A stretch of DNA of 64,000 nt from Rickettsiales bacterium (GCA_965247335.1 CBDFGU010000009.1:851243-915242); one strand, 5' to 3'. Shown: positions 1 through 10,629, counted from the stretch's first letter. Numbers and translations are program-made. The notes: a model not told the origin generated them from the sequence alone.

Positions 1-332
1 GTCACCGTAGCACTCGCTGCAGCGCCATAACATACATAATCGGTAGCACTGCCGCTGCCGCCAGCAGAACCCCAGAACTGGGTTGCGTTTGGCATATCGC
101 CTGGCAGAGCGAAATATTTGGATTGAAAGGTGTTAAGCGCGGTAGCTAGCTGATTCTGCTGCTCAGTCACACTTCGCAATTCTGCGGCGCGAATTAGGGA
201 TTGCCCGGAGAGAACACCACCAACCAATAGTCCAAGAATCACTAGGACAATCGACAGCTCTACCAGGCTGAATGCATCGAAACGCAAACTATAGTTTTCA
301 AATTTTTGAGGACGAAAGTTATTATGTATCAT
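1..332 (-). CDS. prepilin-type N-terminal cleavage/methylation domain protein (type IV pilin or T2SS pseudopilin-like); C-terminus lies outside the window
   Basis: Own minus-strand translation from ATG at 332..330 gives MIHNNFRPQKFENYSLRFDA|FSLVELSIVLVILGLLVGGVLSGQSLIRAAELRSV... The F-x-L-x-E plus hydrophobic helix is the pilin class III signal motif. An in-frame stop lies upstream at 356..354. It is absent from the ORF track because it runs off the window edge. Confidence 0.6.
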   Translation of the reverse strand, partial: MIHNNFRPQKFENYSLRFDAFSLVELSIVLVILGLLVGGVLSGQSLIRAAELRSVTEQQNQLATALNTFQSKYFALPGDMPNATQFWGSAGGSGSATDYVCYGAAASATV

Positions 333-609
333 GTTTTTGAAGGTATCATGACTTTAACGCGATTGTATCCGTCATAATCCGTTTTCATGTGCAAATTTTC
401 ACTTATTACCGTGCTGGCACGATTATATATTTATCACGGCTTACAATAAAAACTACCACTGCTGGTAATTAATCTGCACAGCCTCACTACATTTTGATAG
501 ATTTTTGTTTTCTCGTGTGTTTTTCTTTAGATGTGCCGCGTCGAAATACGAAGAGCATGGACAGAAGGTCGGACAAGTAACTCTGGGTCATTCTTTTTCA
601 GGAGAGCAC

Positions 610-1116
610 ATGTCCGCAGTTCATGCCGCTGATTTCGCATCTTCCACTAACAATCCTCTCGATCTTGCTGAACAGCTCATCATCGACCGCGACTGGCTCT
701 GCGATCGCCCGGTGGACGAAGAACTCGTCGCTGAAGTGCAAGGCAGCTGGTGCAATTTCCGTATCTGGTTCGCTTGGCAGCCGGACCTTGACGCGCTGAT
801 TTTCTCCTGCGCCTATGATACTAAAATCCCCCAAAAATCCCGCAGCAAAATCCATCCCCTCCTCGCCGCTGTTAACGAAAAAATGTGGCTTGGCCATTTC
901 GATCTGGGCGCCGAGGACGGTATGGTCATGTTCCGGCATGCCTTGCTCCTGCGTGGCGGGCAGGGCGCCACATCCGAACAACTTGACGACCTTCTCGACA
1001 TCGCCATGTCCGAATGCAATCGCTTCTATCCGGCCTTCCAGTCGGTACTCTGGGGCGGCACCACGGTCGAGCAGGCACTTGAGATCGCCCTGCTCGATAC
1101 GGTCGGCGAAGCATAA
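610..1116 (+). CDS. YbjN-domain protein (chaperone-like / putative sensory transduction regulator family)
   Basis: ORF 505..1116 opens with TTG. The ATG at 610 is preceded by GGAGA. The segment WCNFRIWFAWQPDLDALIFSCAYDTKIP...MWLGHFDL...VMFRHALLLRG resembles YbjN-family proteins; this is recognised from memory, not searched. Confidence 0.55.
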   Translation: MSAVHAADFASSTNNPLDLAEQLIIDRDWLCDRPVDEELVAEVQGSWCNFRIWFAWQPDLDALIFSCAYDTKIPQKSRSKIHPLLAAVNEKMWLGHFDLGAEDGMVMFRHALLLRGGQGATSEQLDDLLDIAMSECNRFYPAFQSVLWGGTTVEQALEIALLDTVGEA

Positions 1117-1140
1117 GCACCACGTCCATCTTACCCAAGC

Positions 1141-1165
1141 GTCATTCCGGCCTTGAGCCGAAATC
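1141..1165. repeat. GTCATYCC-type short hairpin repeat (REP/MITE-like), copy 1
   Basis: The sequence is gtcattccggccttgagccgaaatc, preceded by caagc. It shares the head GTCATYCC plus a short internal hairpin with copies at 4599, 4645, 45701 and 46226. Confidence 0.5.
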
Positions 1166-1262
1166 TACCTCGAGCAAAAACTGCTGTCTTCTGCGTCGAC
1201 TAGCTCCGCGCGCAAGACAGTCAAAACTTTGCATTTGCATGTCGAAGACATGGAAATGTACA

Positions 1263-1295
1263 TAAAAAAATCCCCCGCCGTTTTCACGGCGAGGG
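1263..1295 (-). terminator. rho-independent terminator downstream of the SDR gene
   Basis: The minus strand reads ccctcgccg-tgaaaa-cggcggggg followed by atttttttat. A second 7-bp hairpin, ctgtaga/tctacag, lies just upstream at about 1303..1322. Confidence 0.6.
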
Positions 1296-1335
1296 TAAGG
1301 AGCATTCTGTAGACACATCTCTACAGGCTAAAAAT

Positions 1336-2052
1336 CTATATATTTGCGGCGAATTGCTGTTCAAGCGCTTTAGGGTCCGTGGCCCAGAGCTTGCCGACTT
1401 CTGCCGACATCGAATCCGGGAAAATATCCTCGCGATCGGCAATAATACCGGCCACGATGTTCTCCGCTGTCTTATTTACATCGGCTTTCTCCATCGGAAA
1501 ATCCTTCGCCATATCGGTGTCGATCGGGCCAGGAAAAATGCCGCAGACTAGTATGTCCCTCGCTTTCAACTGCGCGCGCATTGCCTGCGTCGCTGAAAAC
1601 AGTGCCGCTTTGGAGGCACTGTAACCGCCAATACCTGCCATGCTCGCCAGCCCCACCACTGAAATCACGTTGGCGATCGTCCCGCCACCATTACGCTCGA
1701 TCACCGGCACAAACGCATTCACCATCGAAAGCGTCCCAAAATAATTCACCTGCATATCCGCCATCAAATCGTTCGTCGTCGCCTCGATCACATTCGCGAA
1801 CGTCGCTACCCCCGCATTATTGATCAGCACATCGACATTGCTCGCCAGCTTCGCCGCCTGCTCGATCTGTTCGCGCTTGGTGATATCGAGCGCCACCGGC
1901 ACCACGCGCGGGTCGGCGAATTTCAAGCTCTTAACATCGCGCGCCGCCGCATAGATTTTTGACACGTTCTGCTTCAGCAACGCCTCAACGATGGCTTTGC
2001 CGATGCCACGATTGGCCCCGGTGACAAAAACAGCTTTGTTATCCAGCTTCAT
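1336..2052 (-). CDS. short-chain dehydrogenase/reductase (SDR) family oxidoreductase
   Basis: 238 aa. It has the N-terminal Rossmann motif VTGANRGIGKA, an NNAG motif and the catalytic YSASK (YxxxK). AGGAGA lies upstream of the ATG. Confidence 0.85.
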   Translation of the reverse strand: MKLDNKAVFVTGANRGIGKAIVEALLKQNVSKIYAAARDVKSLKFADPRVVPVALDITKREQIEQAAKLASNVDVLINNAGVATFANVIEATTNDLMADMQVNYFGTLSMVNAFVPVIERNGGGTIANVISVVGLASMAGIGGYSASKAALFSATQAMRAQLKARDILVCGIFPGPIDTDMAKDFPMEKADVNKTAENIVAGIIADREDIFPDSMSAEVGKLWATDPKALEQQFAANI

Positions 2053-2143
2053 GATGGTCTCCTAGTGGTTGGTTTATTAATTCGTTAGTTCCGTTTATAC
2101 GAACTAGTGGACTATCTGTCAAGCCTGTGCTATAAATTTTTTC

Positions 2144-2491
2144 ATGAGACCACTCACCCACCCGAATATGAAGGACGTTACTGTTGAAGGCATCCTCCAC
2201 GCACTGGCTGATCCGGTGCGCGTGCAGATCTACGCCGAGATCGCCGTCGCCGAATGCCCGCAACGCTGTTCGGATTTTCTCAAACTTAAGGGCAAGGAAC
2301 TACCGAAATCGACCCTGTCCCAGCATTTCAAGATATTGCGCGAAGCCGGCCTCATCCGCAGCGTCAAGCAAGGCGTCACCATGCAGAACACCACACGCTG
2401 CGCTGAACTTAGCGAGCGTTTTGGTGAGTTGGTGCCGACCATTATTGGTGCTTATCTCGGTCAGGATAAGAAGCGTAAATCGAAACGATGA
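2144..2491 (+). CDS. ArsR/SmtB-family winged-helix transcriptional regulator
   Basis: 115 aa. It has LHALADPVRVQIYAEI and LPKSTLSQHFKILREAGLIR, a typical ArsR-type HTH. It is divergent from the SDR gene. Confidence 0.75.
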   Translation: MRPLTHPNMKDVTVEGILHALADPVRVQIYAEIAVAECPQRCSDFLKLKGKELPKSTLSQHFKILREAGLIRSVKQGVTMQNTTRCAELSERFGELVPTIIGAYLGQDKKRKSKR

Positions 2492-2590
2492 TTTGGTTTG
2501 GCTCTAGGGAGTTCAGCGAGCTTAGGCATCGCTGAATGACACGGCCATTGAGGCCGAAAGTCTGCGCGGCGCTTGAGCGCAAATTCAAGC

Positions 2591-4591
2591 CTACATGAAA
2601 TAATACGGATTCACATCCACCTTGATGCGTACACCGGAAAATTTCTGCCCCTGCAGCCAGCCCCGCAACGTGCGCTGCAAATGAATGCCCGTCCTCGCCT
2701 TCACCAACAGCCGATACCGGTACTGCCCCCGCAACTTTGACAGCGGCGCCGGGGCCGGCCCCAGCACCCGGATGCGTTCATCGACCGGGGCCGTGCGCGC
2801 CAGCATCTGCCCCGCCGCGCGCACTTTCGCTTCATCCACCCCATCGAGCAAAATCGCCGCGAGCTGCCCGAATGGCGGCCAGCCGCCCGCCTTACGTTCG
2901 CGCGCTTCCAGTGCCATCAACCGGTCACGATCATGCGCCACCAGCGCCTTCATCACCGCGTGTTCCGGCGCATAGGTCTGCACCAGTACCGTACCCGCGA
3001 GTTCACCGCGTCCCGCTCGCCCGCCGAGCTGGTGCAATAACTGATAAGTCCTCTCACCCGCCCGCAGATCCGCGCCATCGAGCCCGACATCCGCATCGAC
3101 CACTACCACCAACGTCAGTCGCGGGAAATGATGCCCTTTCGCCACCATCTGCGTGCCGACAAGAATGTCGATCTTCCCTGCCTCAATCTCGGCCCACGTT
3201 TCCGCGGCGATCGCCTCATCCGATGACAGCACTGCTAAACGTGGCATCTGCTCGCTATCCACGAACATCCCTCGCACTTCTTCCGCGATGCGTTCCACTC
3301 CCGGCCCGCACGGTGCCAGCTTATCCGCTTCCGCCTTGCAGCTCGGGCAGGTGCTCGGCAGCTTTTCTTTATGTCCGCAATGGTGGCATTCAAGGCGGCT
3401 CTTGCCATGCACCACCAGCCATGCCGAACAATTGCCGCATTCGAACCGATGCCCACAGGCGCGACACAGCAACAAAGGCGCATATCCGCGCCGATTCATG
3501 AAGAACAGCACCTGCTCTCCTCGTGCCAGCGTTGCCAACATTTCTTTTCTCACCAGCGGCGAGATAAACGCCCCGCGCTCGGGCATATCGATCCGCAAAT
3601 CAATCAATCGCACTGTCGGCAGCCCCGCCGCCCCGAACCGTTCCGCCAGATGCAGCGCCCGGTACTTCCCCTCGCGGACATTTTCCAGCGTCTCGAGCGA
3701 TGGCGTTGCGCTGACGAGAATGATGGGAATTTTTTCGAAACTTGCCCGTACCACCGCCATGTCGCGCGCATGGTAGAGCACCCCATCCTCCTGTTTATAA
3801 CTCGGGTCATGCTCTTCATCCGTCACAATCAAGCCAAGATTATGGAAAGGCAAAAATAGCGCTGATCGCGCGCCCACTACGACCTGCACCTCCCCCTTTA
3901 CAACCGCTTTCCAAGCCCGCGCCTTGGCTGCTGGAGTCATGCGCGAGTGCCACACACAAGGCTCGGCACCGAAGGTCGTTTTGAACCGTTCCAGCCATTG
4001 GTGAGTGAGAGAAATCTCCGGCACTAAAACAAGCACTTGCTTGTTATTAGTGATGGCATCGGAGATTGCATGGAAATACACTTCCGTTTTGCCCGAACCG
4101 GTCACACCATCGAGTAGAACGGGCTTCGGCTCAGTTTCTGGCAGGGTTAGCTGCTCTGCAACCACTTTTTGCCCCGCAGTAAGTTTCGGCAGCGTAACAA
4201 TAAATGCCTGTGGATGAAATGCCTTTCGCGTCGCCTTCGCTGCATAGGTTAGCCCGCATAAACTAAGCACTGCACCCTTTGGCGCGAGGGTGAATTCGCT
4301 CACCCAATCGAGCCATTGGCGGAATTTCACACTCATCGGCGGCAATTCGTCGATGACGCGAACCACGGGTTTAAGTTTGGCGAGGGGCACCGTATTATCC
4401 GCAAGCGTTTCGCCCCAAATCACCCCCACGAGCGGGCGCCCGGCAAGTTTCGCTTCGACCAGCGCGCCCGCCTGCGTCCCTTCCGGCACGAGATAATCGA
4501 ACGGCGTTTCGAGCAGGGCGGGCAGCAGCACGGCAGCGCGGGTTGTGGGTTGCTCTTTAATAGTTGAAACTGCTACAAGCGATTCGTTCAT
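2591..4591 (-). CDS. priA: primosomal protein N' (replication restart helicase PriA)
   Basis: 666 aa. It has Walker [12 protein letters not shown], a DEEHD box, and the Cys-rich zinc-binding insert [20 protein letters not shown]...CHHCGH...CPSC. Confidence 0.93.
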   Translation of the reverse strand: MNESLVAVSTIKEQPTTRAAVLLPALLETPFDYLVPEGTQAGALVEAKLAGRPLVGVIWGETLADNTVPLAKLKPVVRVIDELPPMSVKFRQWLDWVSEFTLAPKGAVLSLCGLTYAAKATRKAFHPQAFIVTLPKLTAGQKVVAEQLTLPETEPKPVLLDGVTGSGKTEVYFHAISDAITNNKQVLVLVPEISLTHQWLERFKTTFGAEPCVWHSRMTPAAKARAWKAVVKGEVQVVVGARSALFLPFHNLGLIVTDEEHDPSYKQEDGVLYHARDMAVVRASFEKIPIILVSATPSLETLENVREGKYRALHLAERFGAAGLPTVRLIDLRIDMPERGAFISPLVRKEMLATLARGEQVLFFMNRRGYAPLLLCRACGHRFECGNCSAWLVVHGKSRLECHHCGHKEKLPSTCPSCKAEADKLAPCGPGVERIAEEVRGMFVDSEQMPRLAVLSSDEAIAAETWAEIEAGKIDILVGTQMVAKGHHFPRLTLVVVVDADVGLDGADLRAGERTYQLLHQLGGRAGRGELAGTVLVQTYAPEHAVMKALVAHDRDRLMALEARERKAGGWPPFGQLAAILLDGVDEAKVRAAGQMLARTAPVDERIRVLGPAPAPLSKLRGQYRYRLLVKARTGIHLQRTLRGWLQGQKFSGVRIKVDVNPYYFM

Positions 4592-4598
4592 TCATTCT

Positions 4599-4670
4599 CG
4601 TCATTCCAGCAAAAGCTGGAATCCACCTTAGTGACTTTTAAAATGGATTCCAGCTTTCGCTGGAATGACG
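4599..4670. repeat. inverted pair of GTCATTCC hairpin repeats (copies 2 and 3) in the priA/tal divergent spacer
   Basis: cgtcattccagcaaaagctggaatcc (4599..4624) and its reverse complement-like copy ggattccagctttcgctggaatgacg (4645..4670) are separated by 20 nt. Each unit also contains its own ttccagc/gctggaa hairpin. Confidence 0.6.
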
Positions 4671-4687
4671 CTAAACGAGAGGCCGCC

Positions 4688-5341
4688 ATGAAGTTTTTTG
4701 TCGATACTGCCGATATCAATGAAATCAAGGAACTCGCCGATACCGGCCTGCTCGACGGCGTGACGACCAACCCCAGCCTCATCAAAAAATCAGGCCGCGA
4801 TTTCAAGGAAACCATCAAGGAAATCTGCAGCATTACCGACGGCCCTGTTTCGGCCGAGGTGGTCGCGCTGGATTACGACGGCATGGTGCGCCAGGGCGAA
4901 GACCTTGCCAAGATCGCCAAAAACGTAACGATCAAAGTGCCCCTGACCCTCCCGGGTCTCAAAGCCTGCAAGTATTTTACCTCTCAAGGCACGATGGTCA
5001 ATGTCACACTCTGCTTCTCCGCCGCGCAGGCGCTGCTTGCCGCCAAAGCCGGTGCCACCTTCATCTCGCCCTTCGTGGGCCGCCTCGATGATGTCGGCAC
5101 CGATGGCCTCACCCTCATTCAGGACATCGTCGCCATCTACAATAACTACCCCGAGTTCGAAACGCAGGTCCTAGTTGCCTCCGTCCGTAACCCGATGCAT
5201 ATCGTCGAATCCGCCAAGATGGGCGCGCATGTCATGACCGCCCCGGCTTCGGTCATTAAGTCCCTCGTCAACCACCCGCTGACCGACCGCGGCCTCGAGC
5301 AATTCATGAAGGACTGGGCGGCGACGGGGCAGAACCTTTAG
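4688..5341 (+). CDS. tal: transaldolase-family enzyme (short type: fructose-6-phosphate aldolase / transaldolase)
   Basis: The ATG at 4688 gives [32 protein letters not shown], the canonical N-terminus of the roughly 217-aa class. The longer ORF from 4631 begins inside the repeat element. Confidence 0.88.
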   Translation: MKFFVDTADINEIKELADTGLLDGVTTNPSLIKKSGRDFKETIKEICSITDGPVSAEVVALDYDGMVRQGEDLAKIAKNVTIKVPLTLPGLKACKYFTSQGTMVNVTLCFSAAQALLAAKAGATFISPFVGRLDDVGTDGLTLIQDIVAIYNNYPEFETQVLVASVRNPMHIVESAKMGAHVMTAPASVIKSLVNHPLTDRGLEQFMKDWAATGQNL

Positions 5342-6492
5342 CGCTGGCGCACTGCCGTATAAGGCGGACGGGCAAGTGGCGCGTTGGCCGCGCGCATTTC
5401 GGTATTATACCGGCGTAAGGAGGCAACCATTGTGGGATTAAGTTGCGGCGGTGTGTAGAGTGTTTCTGCGTTCGGTGATGCGGTACACGAAATCACATCC
5501 CGCACTATACCAAGCGGTGGCGAAGCGATGAGCTTAAGCGCCCAATCCGGCAGCCAGCTGCCTGCGGGCGGCTTTGCTACCGTATCCGTGTCCGCGGCAT
5601 AAATAAAATCGATATGGCCATAGGCATGACAATCTTGCATTGATCCTGCAGCCGTGCTGATCGCATTCTGCACTTCCGCACTGGAGGCGATGAAAGCATC
5701 GGTCACATGCCATCCAGCCTTGGCGAGTCCGTGCGCGAAGATGCCCTGATAGTCCCCAAAAGCCGTATTATCTGCTAAACCTGCTTGGTGAGCCTCCCCT
5801 ATTTTTGTTACAAGGTTACGGTTGGAATCGGCAAGCTGGGTGACAATGGTGGCGCTGATAATATCCGCGGGGATTTTTTGTTTACGCATGGCGATAATGT
5901 TCGCTTCGATGGACGCGAGCTTTTGTCGGTAGTGCGGATAATACTGCAACAATTCCCGTATCTGCAGCAGCAGTTTTGTGTGCTCGGCCAATCCCGGGGT
6001 AGTGGATTGCAGCTGCAGGTCGGCCGCATGGAGGTTTGGATTCGCCCGTAAGCTTCTATCAACCTGTGCTATCGGGTTCTGCTGACGCTTTAGTTCCTCC
6101 GTAAATAGGGTACCCGCACGGCTATCGTAAGTTATGACCCTTATATGTCGGTCGAGTGCGCTAGCCGCCATCAACCCTGATTCACGCAGGTTCGAAGCGT
6201 AAGCGGGATTTCCTGCTGCCTGATAGGCCGCGACTAGGGCCTCCCTGTTATCACGCTTGGTTTCCCCCAGCTTTCCGTCCTGATAGGCCCAATTCATCAC
6301 CATCATATACGGGCTGAGCTCTAATCCGATTGTTCCCACATTATTATAGCCCACCAATCGATCGAGGTTCTCTTTCAAGAAGGCAGAAGGGCCCGTTTGC
6401 AAATGCCACTCACGCATGGCTAAAACATGCCTCTTCGTATCGGGTGGCAATACTCTATCCAGTTCAACTGCACCATTAATGCCGAGATCCAT
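5338..6492 (-). CDS. hypothetical protein (384 aa, no signal peptide recognised)
   Basis: The ORF runs 5338..6498. The ATG at 6492 sits 6 nt after AGGTGG, whereas the GTG at 6498 abuts it. I recognised no family. The stop overlaps the tal stop (convergent TTAG). Confidence 0.55.
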   Translation of the reverse strand: MDLGINGAVELDRVLPPDTKRHVLAMREWHLQTGPSAFLKENLDRLVGYNNVGTIGLELSPYMMVMNWAYQDGKLGETKRDNREALVAAYQAAGNPAYASNLRESGLMAASALDRHIRVITYDSRAGTLFTEELKRQQNPIAQVDRSLRANPNLHAADLQLQSTTPGLAEHTKLLLQIRELLQYYPHYRQKLASIEANIIAMRKQKIPADIISATIVTQLADSNRNLVTKIGEAHQAGLADNTAFGDYQGIFAHGLAKAGWHVTDAFIASSAEVQNAISTAAGSMQDCHAYGHIDFIYAADTDTVAKPPAGSWLPDWALKLIASPPLGIVRDVISCTASPNAETLYTPPQLNPTMVASLRRYNTEMRAANAPLARPPYTAVRQR

Positions 6493-6653
6493 GGCCACCC
6501 ACCTGCGATAAGCTTAATATCGGTTAATCTTTTTTTACGGATAATGAAAGCGGCTTTCGCTTTTTTGTCGCACTTTTGAAAAAAACACCCCTGAAGGCCT
6601 GTAACTGCCGCATAGCCATGAATGTGGCACAAAAACCTGCTAGTCTTCTCCTT

Positions 6654-7403
6654 ATGAGCACCGCCCCGCAAGCCGATACCATGAACGACGCGACCTTCCA
6701 GAAACAGGTCGTCGCCTACCTGCAACAGAACCCGCAATTCCTCGCCGAGCATCCGGAACTGTTCGAGGTGCTGGTCCCGCCCGAGCAGCAGCATGGGCGC
6801 GGCGTCATCGACTTCCAGTATTACGCCATCGACAATCTGCGCCGCGGCATGCGAAAAATGAAGGATCGTTTCCAAGGCCTTGTCACCAGCGCCCGCGAGA
6901 ATCTTTCCGTGCAGCAGCAGGTGCAGCGCGCCGTTGTCAGCACCATCCAGGCCCGCAACCTCGAGGAGTTACTCGACGTGCTGACCACCGATCTCATGAC
7001 CTGGTTCGACGTCGATATCGTCCGCCTCGCCATGGAATCCGACATGGCCGGCCTCTATGAGACCTACTACCACGAGGACAATTATTCCGGCATCTGCTTC
7101 GTCCCGAACGGCACCGCGAACGCTGTGCTGCTTGGGGAATCCGTCCGCCTCATCGGCGACACGCAGGGCGAACCACCCATCGGTTTTGAAATGGTCTTCG
7201 CGGATTGCTCCAGCCTCGTGCGCTCCTGTGCCCTTGTCCGCCTCGAACTACCGACCATCAAGCGCCCCGCCATCCTCGCTTTCGGCGTCCGCCATGCGGA
7301 TCGCTTCCACCCGCACCAGGGTGGCGAGCTGCTCGGCTTCCTCGGCGAGGTGATGAGCGTGATCCTCGATCGTTGCCTTACCGAGAGTGATTTCGCTGCA
7401 TAA
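6654..7403 (+). CDS. DUF484 (YigA-like, GAF-type fold) protein
   Basis: It has VVAYLQQNPQFLAEHPELFEVL and a coiled segment, and it sits immediately upstream of xerC as in many proteobacteria. The start is uncertain; in-frame candidates are at 6576, 6618, 6654 and 6681. Confidence 0.7.
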   Translation: MSTAPQADTMNDATFQKQVVAYLQQNPQFLAEHPELFEVLVPPEQQHGRGVIDFQYYAIDNLRRGMRKMKDRFQGLVTSARENLSVQQQVQRAVVSTIQARNLEELLDVLTTDLMTWFDVDIVRLAMESDMAGLYETYYHEDNYSGICFVPNGTANAVLLGESVRLIGDTQGEPPIGFEMVFADCSSLVRSCALVRLELPTIKRPAILAFGVRHADRFHPHQGGELLGFLGEVMSVILDRCLTESDFAA

Positions 7404-7436
7404 TATCGCCCCGGCGATTTACATTTCATTTCGCCC

Positions 7437-8408
7437 ATGCCAATTGAAGGCATGACCGCTAAATCCGTTGCCCCCATTGCGACCGATGTCCAGCTGCAGC
7501 TCCGCAGCTGGCTGAAAGAAATGGCGAGCGTCCGCCGTGCCAGCAACCATTCCATCGATGCGTATCTGCACGATGTCTCCGGCTTCATCGCCTTCCTGCA
7601 TCAGCACATCAGCGAATCGGTGACGCTCGAGAAACTCGGCGCACTCGAAGAGCGCGATGTGCGTTCATGGCTTGCCTACCGGGCCGGTCGCGGCTACGCT
7701 AAATCTTCCAACGCCCGCGCCCTTTCCGCCGTGCGCACCTTCTTCAGACATCTTAACAACCATGCCGGCATCCATAACCTCGCCGCGCTGCAAGTACCGA
7801 CCCCCAAGCTCGACAAACCATTGCCCAAAGCCCCGAACGTCGCCCAAACCAGCGCCACGCTCGATGGGCTTGAAGACGATCGGGATCCTTGGGTCGGCGC
7901 CCGCAACCATGCGCTTGCCATGCTGCTCTACGGCTGCGGCCTGCGCATCAGTGAGGCACTGGCGCTGACCATCGGCGACATTCATGCCGGCACCGATAGC
8001 CTGCGCGTCCTCGGCAAGGGCAAGAAGGAGCGACAGGTGCCACTCCTGCCGATCATCAAAAGCGCCATTGAGGATTACCTCGCGCAATCGCCCTACCACG
8101 AAGCGAAGTTCCATCGTGCGCCGGAATTCGCACTGTTCGTCGGTAAGCGCGGTAAACAATTACAGCCTGCCGTCTTTCAGCGTACGCTGCAGCATTTGCG
8201 TCGCGCCTACGGGCTGCCCGAAAGTCTTACTCCGCACGCATTGCGTCACGCCTTCGCGACGCACCTGCTCTCGAACGGTGCCGAGTTGCGCGACATTCAG
8301 GAACTGCTCGGACATGAATCGCTAAGCACAACACAGCGCTACACTCATGTCGATACCTCACGCCTCATGGCCGCCTACAATGCCGCCCATCCGAGCGTGA
8401 AAGAGTAA
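7437..8408 (+). CDS. xerC: site-specific tyrosine recombinase XerC
   Basis: 323 aa. The C-terminal catalytic region is LRHAFATHLLSNGAELRDIQELLGHESLSTTQRYTHV. The DUF484-xerC synteny supports XerC over XerD. Confidence 0.85.
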   Translation: MPIEGMTAKSVAPIATDVQLQLRSWLKEMASVRRASNHSIDAYLHDVSGFIAFLHQHISESVTLEKLGALEERDVRSWLAYRAGRGYAKSSNARALSAVRTFFRHLNNHAGIHNLAALQVPTPKLDKPLPKAPNVAQTSATLDGLEDDRDPWVGARNHALAMLLYGCGLRISEALALTIGDIHAGTDSLRVLGKGKKERQVPLLPIIKSAIEDYLAQSPYHEAKFHRAPEFALFVGKRGKQLQPAVFQRTLQHLRRAYGLPESLTPHALRHAFATHLLSNGAELRDIQELLGHESLSTTQRYTHVDTSRLMAAYNAAHPSVKE

Positions 8409-8424
8409 TTATACACTCCATTAT

Positions 8425-8502
8425 GGCGAGGCTCTCTTGGGCCGTGGCAATCCAACTTCTTTTACGGTTGAAATGGATGCCGCGCCTTGCTCGCAATGAC
8501 GA
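8425..8502. repeat. REP-like palindromic element (LARNDD-type)
   Basis: gccgtggcaatcca...tggatgccgcgccttgctcgcaatgacg is an imperfect hairpin of the kind that produces spurious ORFs such as 8423..8653. Confidence 0.4.
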
Positions 8503-8663
8503 TGTTTATGTTGCACCTGCATTGCGGCAAAACTGCAGCATTTTATCTATGGTGCAACGCCCTGCTATGGTGCGTCGCAGCTACGAATTCACCAGATTTC
8601 CTGCGCATTATTTGCTATATTGTACTGGTGGGACGAACCCACAGAAAGTGTAAGGTTAGTGTT

Positions 8664-8861
8664 ATGAAAGTGATTCATGTTATTACGTTGTTCCTCGTTA
8701 TTCTCGGTGGTCTGCATTTCGCGCTCACCGGCTTTGGGATCAATCTTCTTGGCGCCGTTTTCGGTGGCATGAACTTGACGGTCCTCTACATCGTGATGGG
8801 CGTTTCGACCATCTACCATGTCCTGCCGGTTCTTAGAACGCATCTGGCCTCGATCAAGTAA
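8664..8861 (+). CDS. DUF378-family small membrane protein
   Basis: The ATG at 8664 gives a 65-aa protein, MKVIHVITLFLVILGGLHFALTGFGINLLGAVFGG...VMGVSTIYHVL, with two TM helices. A terminator follows. Confidence 0.6.
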   Translation: MKVIHVITLFLVILGGLHFALTGFGINLLGAVFGGMNLTVLYIVMGVSTIYHVLPVLRTHLASIK

Positions 8862-8911
8862 GGCAACGTCGGCGCGGGTTACATTTGCCTGCCGCCGAGT
8901 GAGTCTAAAAA

Positions 8912-8945
8912 GCCCCGTCGGTTAAACCCGGCGGGGTTTCTTTTT
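8912..8945 (+). terminator. rho-independent terminator
   Basis: The stem gccccgtcgg / cccggcgggg (one mismatch) is followed by tttcttttt. A second weaker hairpin plus T-rich run lies at about 8984..9018. Confidence 0.6.
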
Positions 8946-9132
8946 CACTGCATCGGCTTCACTCCTCATGCAGACTATCACTGCCCTGCCGAAACAATCC
9001 GGCGGGGGTTTGTTTGTGGATGCAACGCAGCGTGCATAACGCCGTATTTCGTGCTATAACAGAGTTGAGTTTGTGCTCCGTCCTAGTGTTCATCGCCAGA
9101 ATTTGTATCTCCCTCTTGATCAGGAGATCGCC

Positions 9133-9279
9133 ATGAAACCGTTCTACGCCACTGGGCTTGTTTTCCTTACGGTCTGCAGCCTATGGGTGGTTGCCGAAAC
9201 GCTCTATCCTAACCACACCGCAAGCCTCGCGTATAACCCGAGCGTCACCTTCGGTAGCCTCGGCACCTTGCGCCCTTAG
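9133..9279 (+). CDS. small hypothetical membrane protein (48 aa)
   Basis: The ATG at 9133 is preceded by CAGGAGA. The protein MKPFYATGLVFLTVCSLWVVAETLY has one hydrophobic helix. No family was recognised. Confidence 0.35.
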   Translation: MKPFYATGLVFLTVCSLWVVAETLYPNHTASLAYNPSVTFGSLGTLRP

Positions 9280-9293
9280 GGGAAAAAAAGCGC

Positions 9294-10493
9294 TTACAGT
9301 TTCGCTGCCACCGCGTCGATGAAATCCGCGGTGGTGAGGTGCTTTTGCTCCTTGCCGACCAGCAGCGCAAGATCCTTCGTCATCGCCCCTGATTCCACCG
9401 TAGCGATCACCGCCTTTTCAAGTTTGCTCGCAAACTCGGCAACCTCCGGCGTGCTGTCGAACCGCGCGCGATAATGCAAGCCCTGCGTCCACGCGTAGAT
9501 ACTGGCAATCGGGTTGGTGCTCGTCTCCTTGCCCGCCTGGTGCTCGCGGTAATGCCGCGTCACCGTGCCGTGCGCCGCTTCGGTCTCGACCGTCTTGCCG
9601 TCCGGCGTCAGCAGGATGCTGGTCATCAGGCCGAGCGAGCCGAACCCCTGCGCCACCACGTCGGACTGTACATCGCCATCGTAATTCTTGCACGCCCACA
9701 CGAAGCCGCCGTTGGATTTGATCGCATAGGCCACGAGATCGTCGATCAGGCGGTGCTCGTACCACAGCTTGGCATTGATGAAGCGCTCCTTGAACTCGCT
9801 TTCATACACGCGCTGGAAAATATTTTTGAAATCCCCATCGTATTTTTTGAGGATGGTATTCTTGGTGGAAAGATACATTGGGTAATTTACATCGAGCGCA
9901 TAGGTGAAGCATGCCCGCGCGAACCCTTCGATCGATGCATTAAGGTTATACATGCTGAGCGCCACACCCGCCGACGGGAACTTGTACACCTCGACTTCCG
10001 TCGGCGCCGAACCATCATCCGGCACGAAATTCATGCTCAGCCGGCCCGGTCGGTCGATGATCATATCACTTGCCCGGTACTGGTCGCCGAACGCATGGCG
10101 CCCGACGATGATCGGCGCCTGCCAGCCCGGCACGTACCGCGGGATATTCTTGCAGATGATCGGCGCGCGGAAGATCGTGCCATCGAGGATATTGCGGATG
10201 GTGCCGTTGGGGGACTTCCACATCTGCTTGAGATTGAACTCTTTCACCCGCGCCTCGTCCGGGGTGATGGTCGCGCATTTGATGCCGACGCCGAATTCCT
10301 TGATGGCCTTTGCCGCATCATGGGTCACTTTGTCATCTGTCTTGTCGCGCTCTTCGATGCCTAAATCGAAATATTTCAAATCGATATCGAGGAACGGAAG
10401 AATAAGTTTCTGCTTAATCATCGCCCAGATGATACGGGTCATTTCATCGCCGTCGAGCTCGACGACCGGGGTCTTCACCTTGATTTTACTCAT
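9294..10493 (-). CDS. icd: NADP-dependent isocitrate dehydrogenase (homodimeric, eukaryote-like type)
   Basis: 399 aa. It has [36 protein letters not shown] and [14 protein letters not shown] lies upstream of the ATG. Confidence 0.92.
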   Translation of the reverse strand: MSKIKVKTPVVELDGDEMTRIIWAMIKQKLILPFLDIDLKYFDLGIEERDKTDDKVTHDAAKAIKEFGVGIKCATITPDEARVKEFNLKQMWKSPNGTIRNILDGTIFRAPIICKNIPRYVPGWQAPIIVGRHAFGDQYRASDMIIDRPGRLSMNFVPDDGSAPTEVEVYKFPSAGVALSMYNLNASIEGFARACFTYALDVNYPMYLSTKNTILKKYDGDFKNIFQRVYESEFKERFINAKLWYEHRLIDDLVAYAIKSNGGFVWACKNYDGDVQSDVVAQGFGSLGLMTSILLTPDGKTVETEAAHGTVTRHYREHQAGKETSTNPIASIYAWTQGLHYRARFDSTPEVAEFASKLEKAVIATVESGAMTKDLALLVGKEQKHLTTADFIDAVAAKL

Positions 10494-10629
10494 AACGTCC
10501 TCATTCTATCGGGGGTAAGGCTTAAGTAAGCTCAACCGTTTCCTGATGCAAGCTGCACTGCACCACTTGCCCCGAATCCATTCCTCGCCTAGGATGCGCC
10601 CCTGGAAAACCTCTGAAAGCCTGTGCGCC

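Noticed and set aside
415-430. TGGCAC-N5-TATAT, considered as a possible sigma54 promoter near the pilin gene.
   Set aside because: The -12 element lacks the TTGC core, and the motif is on the plus strand, the wrong orientation for the pilin-like gene.
8423-8653. ORFs 8423..8653, 46033..46230 and 46078..46308, in the intergenic regions after xerC and after rho.
   Set aside because: They are translations of REP/MITE-like palindromic repeats (LARNDD-, HPELVSGS- and AKASAWQ-type peptides). They have no ribosome-binding sites, and they overlap each other on opposite strands.
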